A stretch of 34,744 nucleotides of DNA from Candidatus Woesearchaeota archaeon (GCA_018221205.1 JAAOYF010000012.1:1-34744), one strand, 5' to 3'; counted from the first letter of the stretch, positions 9,064 through 17,893 are shown. Notes: generated from the sequence alone by a model not told the origin. A program made the numbers and translations.

Positions 9064-9975
9064 TCAGTTTAGAAATTTCTTCAGCCTTATGAGATTATGT
9101 CTCAACCATTCTTTATTCTTAAGCTCATGTGAGATGTTTATCATGCTTATCCTGTGCCAAAGTTCATAGAGCTCTTTTCTCTCGGTGTAGTCCTTTGAGA
9201 TGGATCCATGCTTTGTATAGCCGTCAAAGAATACTTTCCGCATCTTAGGATGCTTGGTAAAATCCCATAGCTCCATCTTAGTGAAATCGTTCTCATTATG
9301 GCCTGCGATGGCCCACTCAACATCGATGATCCCGGCTATCTTATCCTTGTCAGCCATGATGTGGGAAGAATGGAAATCCTTATGCACCATGCAAGGCTTG
9401 CTCCTTATCTGAAAAAGATGTTCCTGCTCATTTATGGAGCTCATCACTCTCGGAAGCAATCGCTTCACTTCATGATAATGCTTAATCTTCGCAAGCTTCA
9501 ATTCAATATCATATTCAGCAAAATCTTTCCACCTGTCGAAAGCAGGATTGATGTCCTTGCCGATGATCCAGCCGAACTTCTTGAACTTGATAGAATGGAG
9601 CTTTGCCAGCAGTTCCCCTGCTTTATGATAGATGTCCTCATTCTTGCATGAACGGTAGCACTTCTCCAGCTTTATCCCAGGTATGTGTGACATCAGGGTG
9701 TAGGCGAAAGGAATAATCTCCAGAGAGTCATCTGCTGTATAAATCCGGGGAATAGGGATATCTGTATGAGTAGAGATGGTCTTATAGACAAAAGATTCTT
9801 TCTTTGCCTTCCATGCTTCATTGAATACTCTCAGAATGATGTCCTTGCCCTTGTCAAGCTTGATATCCCACAAGGTGTTGATATGGCTTCCCTTGAATGG
9901 AGTAATACTCCTTATCTTTGTCGGGCCGAAGCAGTCATCGACAACGTTCTGGATATCCTTTCTTGTAATCTTCAT
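9064..9975 (-). CDS. APH/choline-kinase-like phosphotransferase
   Basis: LAKLH, Brenner motif HKDFHSSHI, GIIDVEWA. Confidence 0.8.
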   Translation of the reverse strand: MKITRKDIQNVVDDCFGPTKIRSITPFKGSHINTLWDIKLDKGKDIILRVFNEAWKAKKESFVYKTISTHTDIPIPRIYTADDSLEIIPFAYTLMSHIPGIKLEKCYRSCKNEDIYHKAGELLAKLHSIKFKKFGWIIGKDINPAFDRWKDFAEYDIELKLAKIKHYHEVKRLLPRVMSSINEQEHLFQIRSKPCMVHKDFHSSHIMADKDKIAGIIDVEWAIAGHNENDFTKMELWDFTKHPKMRKVFFDGYTKHGSISKDYTERKELYELWHRISMINISHELKNKEWLRHNLIRLKKFLN

Positions 9976-10035
9976 CAAAAGGGTATTGGTCGGGCTAGAC
10001 TTTATAATATTAACCCTTAGAAATACTGGCCATTT

Positions 10036-10581
10036 TCAAGTCTTCTGATACGTGCCCATAAGGACAATTTCCTCAATCTTATGCACCTCTACCTGTGCGT
10101 AAAAATCCTGGCTATTGTCAGCATCAAGCCTATCGACATCCAACGCATAGAGCTTGAAGAAATATCTATGAGTGCCGGATGGGGGGCAAGGGCCGCCATA
10201 AGCCCCTCTCTTGAAGGAATTGATGACTTCGGTTCCTGGAATGGAGTTCTCTTTTATCTCCCTGGCTGTTGCAGGAATGTCCTTCACGAGCCAGTGGATC
10301 CACGTTCCCATGGGGGCATCCGGATCGTCCATAATAAGGGCGAAACTTCTTGTAGCTTCAGGAACACCATCCCAGCTCAGCTGAGGATTGATGTCTTCTC
10401 CCTGGCAAGTATACTTGATTGGAATAGTCTCTTCATGTTGGAAAGCAGTCGATGTGAGTCTCATAGCAGCATCACCTTGAATCTCTTTTGCATCAATCTG
10501 AGGACCGACATATTCGCGCTCAGTCATCTGTATACATCCTGCTAAGAAGACAAGAGTGAGAAGTATAATGACTGTCCTCAT
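10036..10581 (-). CDS. YbhB/YbcL (PEBP) family lipoprotein
   Basis: Lipobox LAGC; DDPDAP, WIHW and YGGPCPPSGTHRYFF motifs. Confidence 0.9.
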   Translation of the reverse strand: MRTVIILLTLVFLAGCIQMTEREYVGPQIDAKEIQGDAAMRLTSTAFQHEETIPIKYTCQGEDINPQLSWDGVPEATRSFALIMDDPDAPMGTWIHWLVKDIPATAREIKENSIPGTEVINSFKRGAYGGPCPPSGTHRYFFKLYALDVDRLDADNSQDFYAQVEVHKIEEIVLMGTYQKT

Positions 10582-10658
10582 GAATCGATCCAATAGTGGA
10601 TTGCTTAAAAATTTTTCCCATAGAAAAGCTTTTAAACAATACCCCTCAAGGAAAGAAT

Positions 10659-11006
10659 ATGTTTAAATCCATGCGAAGACTGAAAAAAGAGGAGAAATGG
10701 GTCCTCGGCATAGGTGTCATCTTCACTGTTGTCATCTTCTATCTGATCAACTTTTATTTCACCGGCCAGCAGCTCATCTTCTGGGCAATAGTGGAAGCAG
10801 GCATCATGTGGCTGGTCATCATCTCACTCCTGATCCTGGCCGACAATCATCGCATCTTGAATGATGAGCTCAAAGAGATCCTCAGGGAACATATCAAAGA
10901 AAGCAAGACCCTGAAAGAAATCAGCCACGAAGAACTGCAGGAAATAAAACTTCTTAAGAAGGTCGCCAAGGAAGCAATGAACCTAATGAAAAAGAAGAAG
11001 ACCTGA
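10659..11006 (+). CDS. small membrane protein, 2 TM plus C-terminal coiled coil
   Basis: Two hydrophobic segments; TTTAAA box at 10631-10636 upstream of ATG 10659. Confidence 0.65.
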   Translation: MFKSMRRLKKEEKWVLGIGVIFTVVIFYLINFYFTGQQLIFWAIVEAGIMWLVIISLLILADNHRILNDELKEILREHIKESKTLKEISHEELQEIKLLKKVAKEAMNLMKKKKT

Positions 11007-11451
11007 CAAAAAGAATCTTTCCTTCTACTTTATGAATAAGATCTGAGCGGACTGTAGTATACTCTAAGATGATATCTCCTTCTACCTTCTTGGGCATGGG
11101 ATTACAGTTGATCGCGACCTTCTGGGTTTTTCGCTGCTCAAGCCGTAAGGGCGGATCAAAGACCTGCTCATACGGACATAAAGCATTGTCCAGCCTTATG
11201 GACCTCAATCTTATCTCAACAGGATTGAGACTGATTAGGGTAAACGAAAGTGCCTTGTCATCGATATAAGGATCACGGCACATGAAATCCATAGGTGGGG
11301 AGCATCTCAATGATCCCAATAATCCGAAACTGAAGACTCCTGTATAGAAGAGAAATGCCATGATGCCGATGAAAAATATCAGCAGCCATCCATAGTTTGA
11401 AAGGTATTCAAAGAAAATCCCTCCTTTTTTATCCACTACCAACCCATCCAT
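10954..11451 (-). CDS. pilin-like/class III signal peptide-like protein
   Basis: N-terminus KKGGIFFEYLSNYGWLL resembles the KKGQ..MEFLMTYGW class III signal; followed by a Cys-containing beta-rich domain. Confidence 0.6.
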   Translation of the reverse strand: MDGLVVDKKGGIFFEYLSNYGWLLIFFIGIMAFLFYTGVFSFGLLGSLRCSPPMDFMCRDPYIDDKALSFTLISLNPVEIRLRSIRLDNALCPYEQVFDPPLRLEQRKTQKVAINCNPMPKKVEGDIILEYTTVRSDLIHKVEGKILFVRSSSFSLGSLLPWRPS

Positions 11452-11484
11452 ACATGATGAGTCCAGAATTAATTCTATATAAAA

Positions 11485-11769
11485 TTATTCATCTACGGTA
11501 AAGAGCCTTGAATCTTTCACATCAAACATCTTTAATCGGGCGCCTGCATCAAGCCATCCGTGAGCATAGTTAAGGGCAGCGAACGCTGTCACTTTATCGC
11601 CTTTCTCTGCAAAATGATGGGCATCGCTGAGATAACGCTGGATCATATCAAGAAAATCTTCACGCTCCTTTTCCAGGTTTGTTTTGTTGGAAGAGGCCTT
11701 TGCCTTTTCAAGGGCCTCTGTAGTCAGAGAAAAGTAATGTTTGAGCTTCTCTTCGCTTACTGCATTCAT
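11485..11769 (-). CDS. DUF357 protein
   Basis: RYLSDAHHF...GD.VTAFAALNYAHGWLDAGARL signature. Confidence 0.9.
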   Translation of the reverse strand: MNAVSEEKLKHYFSLTTEALEKAKASSNKTNLEKEREDFLDMIQRYLSDAHHFAEKGDKVTAFAALNYAHGWLDAGARLKMFDVKDSRLFTVDE

Positions 11770-11987
11770 GCTTGTTCCTGCAGCTTATTCCTGGAGACAG
11801 GCATCGGTCTTTTCACTGCTATGGGGATGATGCCCTTCGCAAATTCTATCTTGGCGATCTCCACAGGATTATACCCTATCTTCTTCAGCTCTTCCTCGCT
11901 CACCTTTACCAAAAAAGGTGCGCCCATGCTGATCTGCAGGGCTCGAGAACCGACGACCCTTGCCTGCTCATATTTTGTCATTTTCAT
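11766..11987 (-). CDS. rpoK: RNA polymerase subunit K (Rpo6)
   Basis: TKYEQARVVGSRALQISMGAP. Confidence 0.95.
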   Translation of the reverse strand: MKMTKYEQARVVGSRALQISMGAPFLVKVSEEELKKIGYNPVEIAKIEFAKGIIPIAVKRPMPVSRNKLQEQA

Positions 11988-11995
11988 GCTATCAC

Positions 11996-12763
11996 CTAGA
12001 GGGCTTTCCGATACTCTTTAGACTTTTCTGATGCAATATCAATCATCTTGGAGACTTCCTCTTCTGTCAATGGATGGTCTCCTCCTTTCTGGAGTGCACA
12101 GATCGTCCCGTCCGCTGTTGTGGTTATGGTCAATCGTGCGTCCATGGCCTTGTCTTCCTCTGTCAAGGGATCGACAATGAAATACTTCCCGAGCTTATAT
12201 ACTGTCACTGCAATGGGTTCTTTGCTCAGCTCGACAGGCTTCTTTCCGGGATTCCTATAGTCAAGTTTTCCGTCGACCATATCCGGGAATTTCGCGTCCT
12301 TCAGTGCTGCTAGAGCTGCTAGAGCTGAGATGTCGAACAGGCCGCCTGCATCATTAATGGTCACAATGTCAATGATGACAATCCACACTTTCTCGCCCTT
12401 TTCAATGCAGAGCTTCTTGAAATCGATGGCTTTGCTCTCTCTCAAACCTCGATCCACCACTCTTGCCAGCTCCACTGCCTTGATGCTCGGTGGACCGGGT
12501 TCATAGTCTGGACTGGAAAGGGGCAATAATTCTGCACCTACCATGATCGTTCCTTTATCCGGAGAATCCGGATAGGGAGTTCCCATCTCCATCTTTACGC
12601 CGACAATGACTTCAGTTTCACCACAGGTTACTTTCGCAGATCCTTCTGCTGTCTTTGATACTCCATACTCCACTATCAATGGCTGTCTGATATCTAAAGC
12701 AGACCTTCCGTCTAATCTCTTTCCATTGTCAAGGAGTTTGATGATATGTGATTTTCCGTTCAT
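11996..12763 (-). CDS. rrp42: exosome subunit Rrp42
   Basis: RLDGR, AEGSA.V, ELARVVDRGLRES, ALQKGG; operon position. Confidence 0.95.
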   Translation of the reverse strand: MNGKSHIIKLLDNGKRLDGRSALDIRQPLIVEYGVSKTAEGSAKVTCGETEVIVGVKMEMGTPYPDSPDKGTIMVGAELLPLSSPDYEPGPPSIKAVELARVVDRGLRESKAIDFKKLCIEKGEKVWIVIIDIVTINDAGGLFDISALAALAALKDAKFPDMVDGKLDYRNPGKKPVELSKEPIAVTVYKLGKYFIVDPLTEEDKAMDARLTITTTADGTICALQKGGDHPLTEEEVSKMIDIASEKSKEYRKAL

Positions 12764-12764
12764 C

Positions 12765-13460
12765 TTATTCACTTCCGTATTTCGCTTTCAGTGCTTTCTT
12801 CTGCACTTCGTAGATCTTTATACATGCGTCCTTTGCCATGCTAATGCCTTTGAGGAGCATGTCTTTGCTCACTTCTCCATCCATCTGCAGCAAGGTTATC
12901 TCATTCGTGCGGTTGATCATCGCGACAGGTATATCTGCCACTGGTCCGTCCTCATATGCCTCTTCTGCATAATCCAGATCGACGAGCATCTGGTCGCCAT
13001 TCAGACCTACCGATACTGCGCTGACCAGATCTTTCATGACCAGGCCAGCATCTGCAAGGGCCATGGAGGCAGCGCAGATACCTGCGCATCTCGATCCTGC
13101 CTCTGTCTGAGGCAGCTCGATGAAGACATCCACTACTGAATTCGGATATTCTTCCAGATCAAGAACTGGCAGCAATGACTTCACTGTCACAAAAGAGATC
13201 TCTTTTGACCTTCGGCTCTGGCCGGGCCTTACTCGATCTCCTGCGCCTGAGAAAGGCATCATATTGTAACTGCACCTTAAAATCCCTCTTCCTGGATCCT
13301 GCAGAAATTTCGGATAGAGATTTCTCGGTCCGTACACTGCTGCATATGCCCAGGTATTTCCGATCTTGAAATAAGCGGATCCGTCAGCGTTCTTGATAAC
13401 ACCGACCTTTGCTTCCATCTTTCTGAGATCTTCCGGTTGCCTACCATCATGCCTTTTCAT
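12765..13460 (-). CDS. rrp41: exosome subunit Rrp41
   Basis: DGSAY, AAVYGPR, RRSKEIS, GSRCAGI, LQMDG; GAGGTG SD. Confidence 0.95.
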   Translation of the reverse strand: MKRHDGRQPEDLRKMEAKVGVIKNADGSAYFKIGNTWAYAAVYGPRNLYPKFLQDPGRGILRCSYNMMPFSGAGDRVRPGQSRRSKEISFVTVKSLLPVLDLEEYPNSVVDVFIELPQTEAGSRCAGICAASMALADAGLVMKDLVSAVSVGLNGDQMLVDLDYAEEAYEDGPVADIPVAMINRTNEITLLQMDGEVSKDMLLKGISMAKDACIKIYEVQKKALKAKYGSE

Positions 13461-14163
13461 TTTGCACCTCAATCTTCTTCCCTGTCTGTTTCTCGAGGTA
13501 TTCCTTTATGGTGTTCGTCAATCCGGGAATATGGGATTCTCGTTCTATCTTCTTGATCGTTTCGATAGCGATGAATTCATTATTCACATCTCCCTGTATC
13601 CAGACGATACCGTTCTGCCCTACAACAATCCTGCAGCCGGTCGCGTTCTTGATCATGCTCACCATCGAGCCTTTCTTGCCGATTATCCTCGGCACCTTGT
13701 TGGTGTTGACCTTGACTATACGTCCATCAACCAGCTTCTTCAGACCTGGCTCGCGCATACTTACATCGACAAGCTTCTGCGATGTTACGTTGGTTATCTT
13801 ACAGACGACATGATCTTCCAGATTATAATACTCTGTGAGATCAGCACCTCTGCCGATATAATCCGATGTTGCGTCCTTGAGTGACATCATCGCGGAATAG
13901 GCTGAATTGGTCTCTAATCTCCAACCGCTGAATGTGATGTCAATCACCTTGCAGATGATGGTGTCTCCGGTTTTAGGTATATAGACGCCTGAAAGCGGGA
14001 CCACTTTTATTGTCCGTCCATCAATATAGACCACTCCTAATCGTGAAGAATAAATCTCTTCGTTATCTCTGTAGGCTCCAGGTCCTGGAAAATTGTCCAT
14101 GCCCTTCACTAAGAGCTCTCCTGGAACTACAATGTCTTTTGGTTTAACTAATACTTCTGTCAT
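13447..14163 (-). CDS. rrp4: exosome RNA-binding subunit Rrp4
   Basis: VVPGE, S1 domain and KH motif KVPRIIGKKGSM, VGQNG. Confidence 0.95.
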   Translation of the reverse strand: MTEVLVKPKDIVVPGELLVKGMDNFPGPGAYRDNEEIYSSRLGVVYIDGRTIKVVPLSGVYIPKTGDTIICKVIDITFSGWRLETNSAYSAMMSLKDATSDYIGRGADLTEYYNLEDHVVCKITNVTSQKLVDVSMREPGLKKLVDGRIVKVNTNKVPRIIGKKGSMVSMIKNATGCRIVVGQNGIVWIQGDVNNEFIAIETIKKIERESHIPGLTNTIKEYLEKQTGKKIEVQNEKA

Positions 14164-14172
14164 TTTAACTCC

Positions 14173-14904
14173 TTATTTCTTTCTTTTTCTTCCGTTCGAT
14201 GCTGCTGTAATCTCATCTTTTGTAAAGACGCTGAAGTCTTTATCTTTAAGAGAGATGTACGCTGCATCGATACGTTCTGCGTTGAAATTATCGCCAAGCA
14301 CCTGTTTCAGCGCTTTCACTGAAATGGCCAATCCTTCGGCCATCGAGATATCATCACGATACTCTTTCTTGAGTATCTCTTCGATCTCTACTTCGCCTTC
14401 TCCGATGACTGTTGCCTTGTATTCAAAGAATATTCCCGTTGGATCAGTCTCATACAGGTGAGGTCTTTCATCAATCCCGCCTATGAGCAATGATACGCCG
14501 AATGGTCTCAAGCCTCCGCTTTGAGTGCAGATCTGCTTCAGATTAGCGATATCCTTGACTATGCTCAATGTATCAATCATCGTATCATAGGTTACCCTGT
14601 GCTGCTGGGCTTTCACTTGTGCCCTTTCTGTCAAGACTCTCGCATCAGACAAGATGCCTGAAGCGGTCGCCATGATATGATTGTCAATCTTAGAGATCTT
14701 CTCCACTGAATCACTTACAATTAAAGGATCGATGAGCCTCTTATCGGTCACGAAGATAACTCCATCCTTGCAGACCACTCCCATAGCAGTCGATCCTTGC
14801 CGTACGGTCTTCTTTGCGTACTCTACCTGTAGGAGTCTTCCGTCAGGAGAAAACATCGTAATTGCCCTGTCGTATCCCATCATCTGATGTTGCATTGGTT
14901 GCAT
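14173..14904 (-). CDS. psmA: proteasome alpha subunit
   Basis: GYDRAITMFSPDGRLLQVEYA, RPFGVSLL. Confidence 0.97.
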   Translation of the reverse strand: MQPMQHQMMGYDRAITMFSPDGRLLQVEYAKKTVRQGSTAMGVVCKDGVIFVTDKRLIDPLIVSDSVEKISKIDNHIMATASGILSDARVLTERAQVKAQQHRVTYDTMIDTLSIVKDIANLKQICTQSGGLRPFGVSLLIGGIDERPHLYETDPTGIFFEYKATVIGEGEVEIEEILKKEYRDDISMAEGLAISVKALKQVLGDNFNAERIDAAYISLKDKDFSVFTKDEITAASNGRKRKK

Positions 14905-14908
14905 GATA

Positions 14909-15244
14909 TCACCTTAAAAATTTGTTTTTTGCTTTTTTCAATATGCCGGATATTCCTTTTATATTGAGTATGATTTTCTTTCCTGCTACTGATTTTACGA
15001 GGAGAAGAGCTTTCTTGGTGTCATTAAGCATCTTATTGTTCACTCTCAGCATGCCTTGGTTGTTGCTGAAGGTGTTCTTTATGATATACATATTTGCTCG
15101 TTCCCAGCCGAACTCTCCTAATAATCGTAGACTGGTTTGCTGTATGGCCTTGCTGACCTGTGCAAAAGAAAACTTGTCTTGTGACTGTATTTGGTACACA
15201 ATATACCGTTTTCTTTCCCTTTGACTCGGTCTTAATTTAGCCAT
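14909..15244 (-). CDS. rnp2: RNase P protein Rpp14/Pop5
   Basis: LRPSQRERKRYI, LLGEFG, GISGILKKA; canonical position before psmA. Confidence 0.88.
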   Translation of the reverse strand: MAKLRPSQRERKRYIVYQIQSQDKFSFAQVSKAIQQTSLRLLGEFGWERANMYIIKNTFSNNQGMLRVNNKMLNDTKKALLLVKSVAGKKIILNIKGISGILKKAKNKFLR

Positions 15245-15306
15245 GAGAAAAAAGCTCCCTTTCTCTCTGTGTTGAGAGATTAGATAAGGCTATATAAAGG
15301 TTACTA

Positions 15307-16863
15307 TTAGCCGCATCTGATGGCGCGTTCATAAGGCCTTCCGCCTTCTTTCCGGCCTTTGCGATAGTTTTCTACGGCTATCTTGATGAGTTTCTTTCCT
15401 GTAGGGGTAGGATATTGCCTATTGATGCAAGCCGTACAGAGATCTCTTTTCGGAAGGCCAATCGCCTTTATGAGTCCTGGAATGGACTGATAGATCACCG
15501 TGTCTGCCCTAAGATATCTTGCCATCTTTTTTGCAGCTTTCTCCGGCATACTTTCTGCAGGCTCTTTCATGAATCTTGGGGCGAACAGCTCTGTCACGGT
15601 CGACATATCAATGCCATAGAAGCACGGACCGATGATAGGCGGACAGCTCACCCTGACGTGGACTTCTGCTGCACCTGCATCTTTCAAGGCCCCGACAATC
15701 TGCTCTGTGGTTGCTCCTCGGACTATGCTGTCATCTACCAAGAATATCTTCTTTCCTCTGATGACTTCCTTCACTAAGGTATATTTATTTGCGATCTTGT
15801 CCTTTCTTGATGTGCCCTCTATAAAAGTCCTGCCGACATATCTGTTTCTGATCAGGCCTTCTTTCACTGGAACTCCTAATTCATAGGCGAATGCGTCTCC
15901 GGCTGCTTTTGCGCTATCGGGGACGGGAATGACGATATGGTCTTTTGTTACCTGCTGGGTCTCCAATCTTGCGAGCTCTTTTCCTAATCTGACCCTTGTC
16001 ACGTAGACTGATCTGCCGTCCAAAACAGATGAGACATTCGCGAAATAGACCCATTCGAACATGCAATGCGCTTTTCTTGTAGAGGGGGCATATCTTTTTA
16101 TCGAGATATTGCCATTGTCGATCTGGATCATCTTTCCAGGCTCAAGATTCTTGAATCTCTCAAAGCCGCAGTTCTGGAGAGCATTGGATTCTGACGCTAC
16201 CAAGACATTTCCATCTTTTATGGCGTAGCTCAATGGCCTGAATCCTAAAGGATCCCTCACTGCAGCGATATCTCCCAAAGCATTGATGAAGGTGATATTG
16301 TAGCTTCCTTCAAATTTTTTTGAAAGATTGTTAAAGACTGCCCGTAGATTTGGCTTTTTGTTTCCGACCAAAGCTCTTGCCAGATAGTGCATGAGCATCT
16401 CTGTATCGTTCTCTAAGGTAAAATGATATTCTTTCTTCTTCTCTAATGCCTCCCTCAATGGATAATAATTGACTAAGTTGCCATTGAAACCAAAGGAGAA
16501 CCATTTCCATAGACGGCCATGATGCCTCTCAAACGGCTGGGCAAACATCCTTTCGCTCCTTCCGAATGTTGCATATCTCACATGTCCGATGCCTTTATTT
16601 CCTGAGAATTTCTTGAAGATATCCAGGCTTTTTTCGAGCTTGCTCGTCCGAAAGACCTCATTCACTGTCCCGATATCCCGGTGAGTGTGAAGAATCTGCC
16701 TTCTTTCCTGGTTATAGGTCGTGATGCCTGCGCTCAATTGGCCGCGATTCTGCAAGTTCAGAAGAATCTTATAGAGATAGAACAAGGCCTTATTTGAAGA
16801 ATCCTTATTCGGCTTGAGGTAGACTGCCGCTACCCCACACTCGTCGTGGACTTCGCCTGACAT
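15307..16863 (-). CDS. purF: amidophosphoribosyltransferase
   Basis: Short propeptide then CG, LQNRGQ, GHVRYAT, CMFEWVYFA, VDDSIVRGAT, PCFYGIDM, CTAC. Confidence 0.95.
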   Translation of the reverse strand: MSGEVHDECGVAAVYLKPNKDSSNKALFYLYKILLNLQNRGQLSAGITTYNQERRQILHTHRDIGTVNEVFRTSKLEKSLDIFKKFSGNKGIGHVRYATFGRSERMFAQPFERHHGRLWKWFSFGFNGNLVNYYPLREALEKKKEYHFTLENDTEMLMHYLARALVGNKKPNLRAVFNNLSKKFEGSYNITFINALGDIAAVRDPLGFRPLSYAIKDGNVLVASESNALQNCGFERFKNLEPGKMIQIDNGNISIKRYAPSTRKAHCMFEWVYFANVSSVLDGRSVYVTRVRLGKELARLETQQVTKDHIVIPVPDSAKAAGDAFAYELGVPVKEGLIRNRYVGRTFIEGTSRKDKIANKYTLVKEVIRGKKIFLVDDSIVRGATTEQIVGALKDAGAAEVHVRVSCPPIIGPCFYGIDMSTVTELFAPRFMKEPAESMPEKAAKKMARYLRADTVIYQSIPGLIKAIGLPKRDLCTACINRQYPTPTGKKLIKIAVENYRKGRKEGGRPYERAIRCG

Positions 16864-16979
16864 CTGATAAAATTTAATGGAGATTGGTTTTTAAATCTTT
16901 GCTTTGAAATGATTTATAGAAACTTGAGAATTATAAACTCCCTGGATTTCTTATATAATCATCATCCTAATAGTTTAAA

Positions 16980-17558
16980 TTGAGTAAACGATTCTTCTTT
17001 GGAATGGATCCTTATACCTTACCTAGAAATTCCTTAGATCGTGCCCGTGTATTGGCAAGTGAACTCAAACCTGGAAATGCCATACTTGTGCATCAGGGTG
17101 ATAATTTTACTGGAAGGAATGATCTTCTTATTTTCCAAGGATATGATATCCCTTCTGAGGTTTCTACTAGGGGTAAAGAACTTACGATTTATGGCTCTCC
17201 TCATTTTGTTCTGGAATTTGATGACCAAGGAAGGACCAACCCCCGAAAGGGAAGAGACTATATTAACATCAAAGATGATAGATTGGCCTATGTTGTGACG
17301 GGCAGTGTAATACCTCATGCAGTAAGGAGGATCGGAGAAACGAGAGAAGGTCCTATCGCTGGCCCTGGCCAATATGAAGAAATGCTTGAGGATGTGGCAT
17401 CATTTCAGGGAAGAGGTAGAATTCCGCGAGAATTCGTCGATGCTGTTGTCCGTTTCCATACTGGTATTGCGACGATGAAAACAACTATGATTGGCCATAC
17501 GCTTTCTCAATACCCCTTACCAAGGAAAACCTTAATAAATCTGTTCGAAATGGCTTAG
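16980..17558 (+). CDS. hypothetical protein (orphan-like)
   Basis: 192-aa ORF filling the intergenic space; T-ending-codon bias unlike its neighbours; start (TTG 16980 or ATG 17004) uncertain. Confidence 0.55.
   Translation: MSKRFFFGMDPYTLPRNSLDRARVLASELKPGNAILVHQGDNFTGRNDLLIFQGYDIPSEVSTRGKELTIYGSPHFVLEFDDQGRTNPRKGRDYINIKDDRLAYVVTGSVIPHAVRRIGETREGPIAGPGQYEEMLEDVASFQGRGRIPREFVDAVVRFHTGIATMKTTMIGHTLSQYPLPRKTLINLFEMA
17523..17540 (+). promoter_or_regulatory. BRE/TATA promoter of the outer tRNA-Ser
   Basis: Purine-rich AGGAAAA followed by TTAATAAA (17532-17539), about 25 nt upstream of 17564. Confidence 0.6.
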
Positions 17559-17585
17559 GATATGCTGACGTCGCATAACCTGGTA

Positions 17586-17642
17586 TGCTCAAAAACGCTT
17601 CGATGTGTTTTTGGCACGCCAAAAAGCTTTGCTTTTTCGGCG
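17586..17642 (+). repeat. twin-hairpin insertion 1 (D-loop, position 21/22 or 22/23), 57 nt
   Basis: TGC-T-CAAAAAC...GTTTTTG-GCA then CGCC-AAAAAGC-TTT-GCTTTTT-C-GGCG. Confidence 0.85.
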
Positions 17643-17678
17643 TTGCGGTGGCCTTGAGAGCCACTTTCCGCAAGGATA

Positions 17679-17832
17679 CTGATGAGAATTTCCCTTGATG
17701 CCGTCGTGGCACAATCTGGTACTGCGGTGGCCTTGAGAGCCACTTTCCGCAAGGATATCTCGGTTCAAATCCGAGCGACGGCGTAATGAGGGAAATTCTC
17801 ATTGCACAATAAGACCTATGGTCTTATTTGTA
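17679..17832 (+). repeat. twin-hairpin insertion 2 (154 nt) carrying a full tRNA in its first loop
   Basis: TGATGAGAATTTCCCT (17680-17695) pairs with AGGGAAATTCTCATTG (17789-17804) around the inner tRNA; second hairpin AATAAGACC-TAT-GGTCTTATT. Boundaries ambiguous by 2 nt. Confidence 0.85.
17700..17783 (+). tRNA. inner, uninterrupted tRNA-Ser(UGA)
   Basis: GCCGTCG/CGACGGC acceptor plus G, GCA/TGC D-stem, GTGGC-CTTGAGA-GCCAC, long variable arm, CTCGG-TTCAAAT-CCGAG; 84 nt, no encoded CCA. Confidence 0.95.
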
Positions 17833-17842
17833 TCCCGGTTCA

Positions 17843-17893
17843 TCCTCAAAAATCGTAGATTTTTGGGAACTCGGGGAGCTTTGCTCTCAGAGT
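17843..17893 (+). repeat. twin-hairpin insertion 3 (T-loop, TTCA^AAT), 51 nt
   Basis: TCC-T-CAAAAATC-GTA-GATTTTTG-GGA then ACTC-G-GGGAGC-TTT-GCTCTC-A-GAGT. Confidence 0.85.

Noticed and set aside
12308..12328. Short direct repeat GCTAGAGCT in rrp42
   Set aside because: Reflects the ALAALAAL coding sequence.
17653..17659. TGA anticodon read as a stop-suppressor or selenocysteine tRNA
   Set aside because: Anticodon UGA reads the Ser codon UCA; a suppressor or Sec tRNA would have anticodon UCA.
17644..17678. Partial tRNA duplication read as a phage or integrative-element att site
   Set aside because: It is the central exon of a full outer tRNA with its own acceptor and T arms. att duplications are normally tRNA ends, and no integrase is present.
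17679..17700. TGATGA as box C of an intron-encoded C/D guide RNA
   Set aside because: No matching CTGA box D near the 3' end of the insert, and the motif is part of the inverted-repeat stem.
17485..17802. Minus-strand ORFs 17485-17802 and 17555-17752
   Set aside because: Antisense shadows of the tRNA-Ser genes and hairpin inserts.
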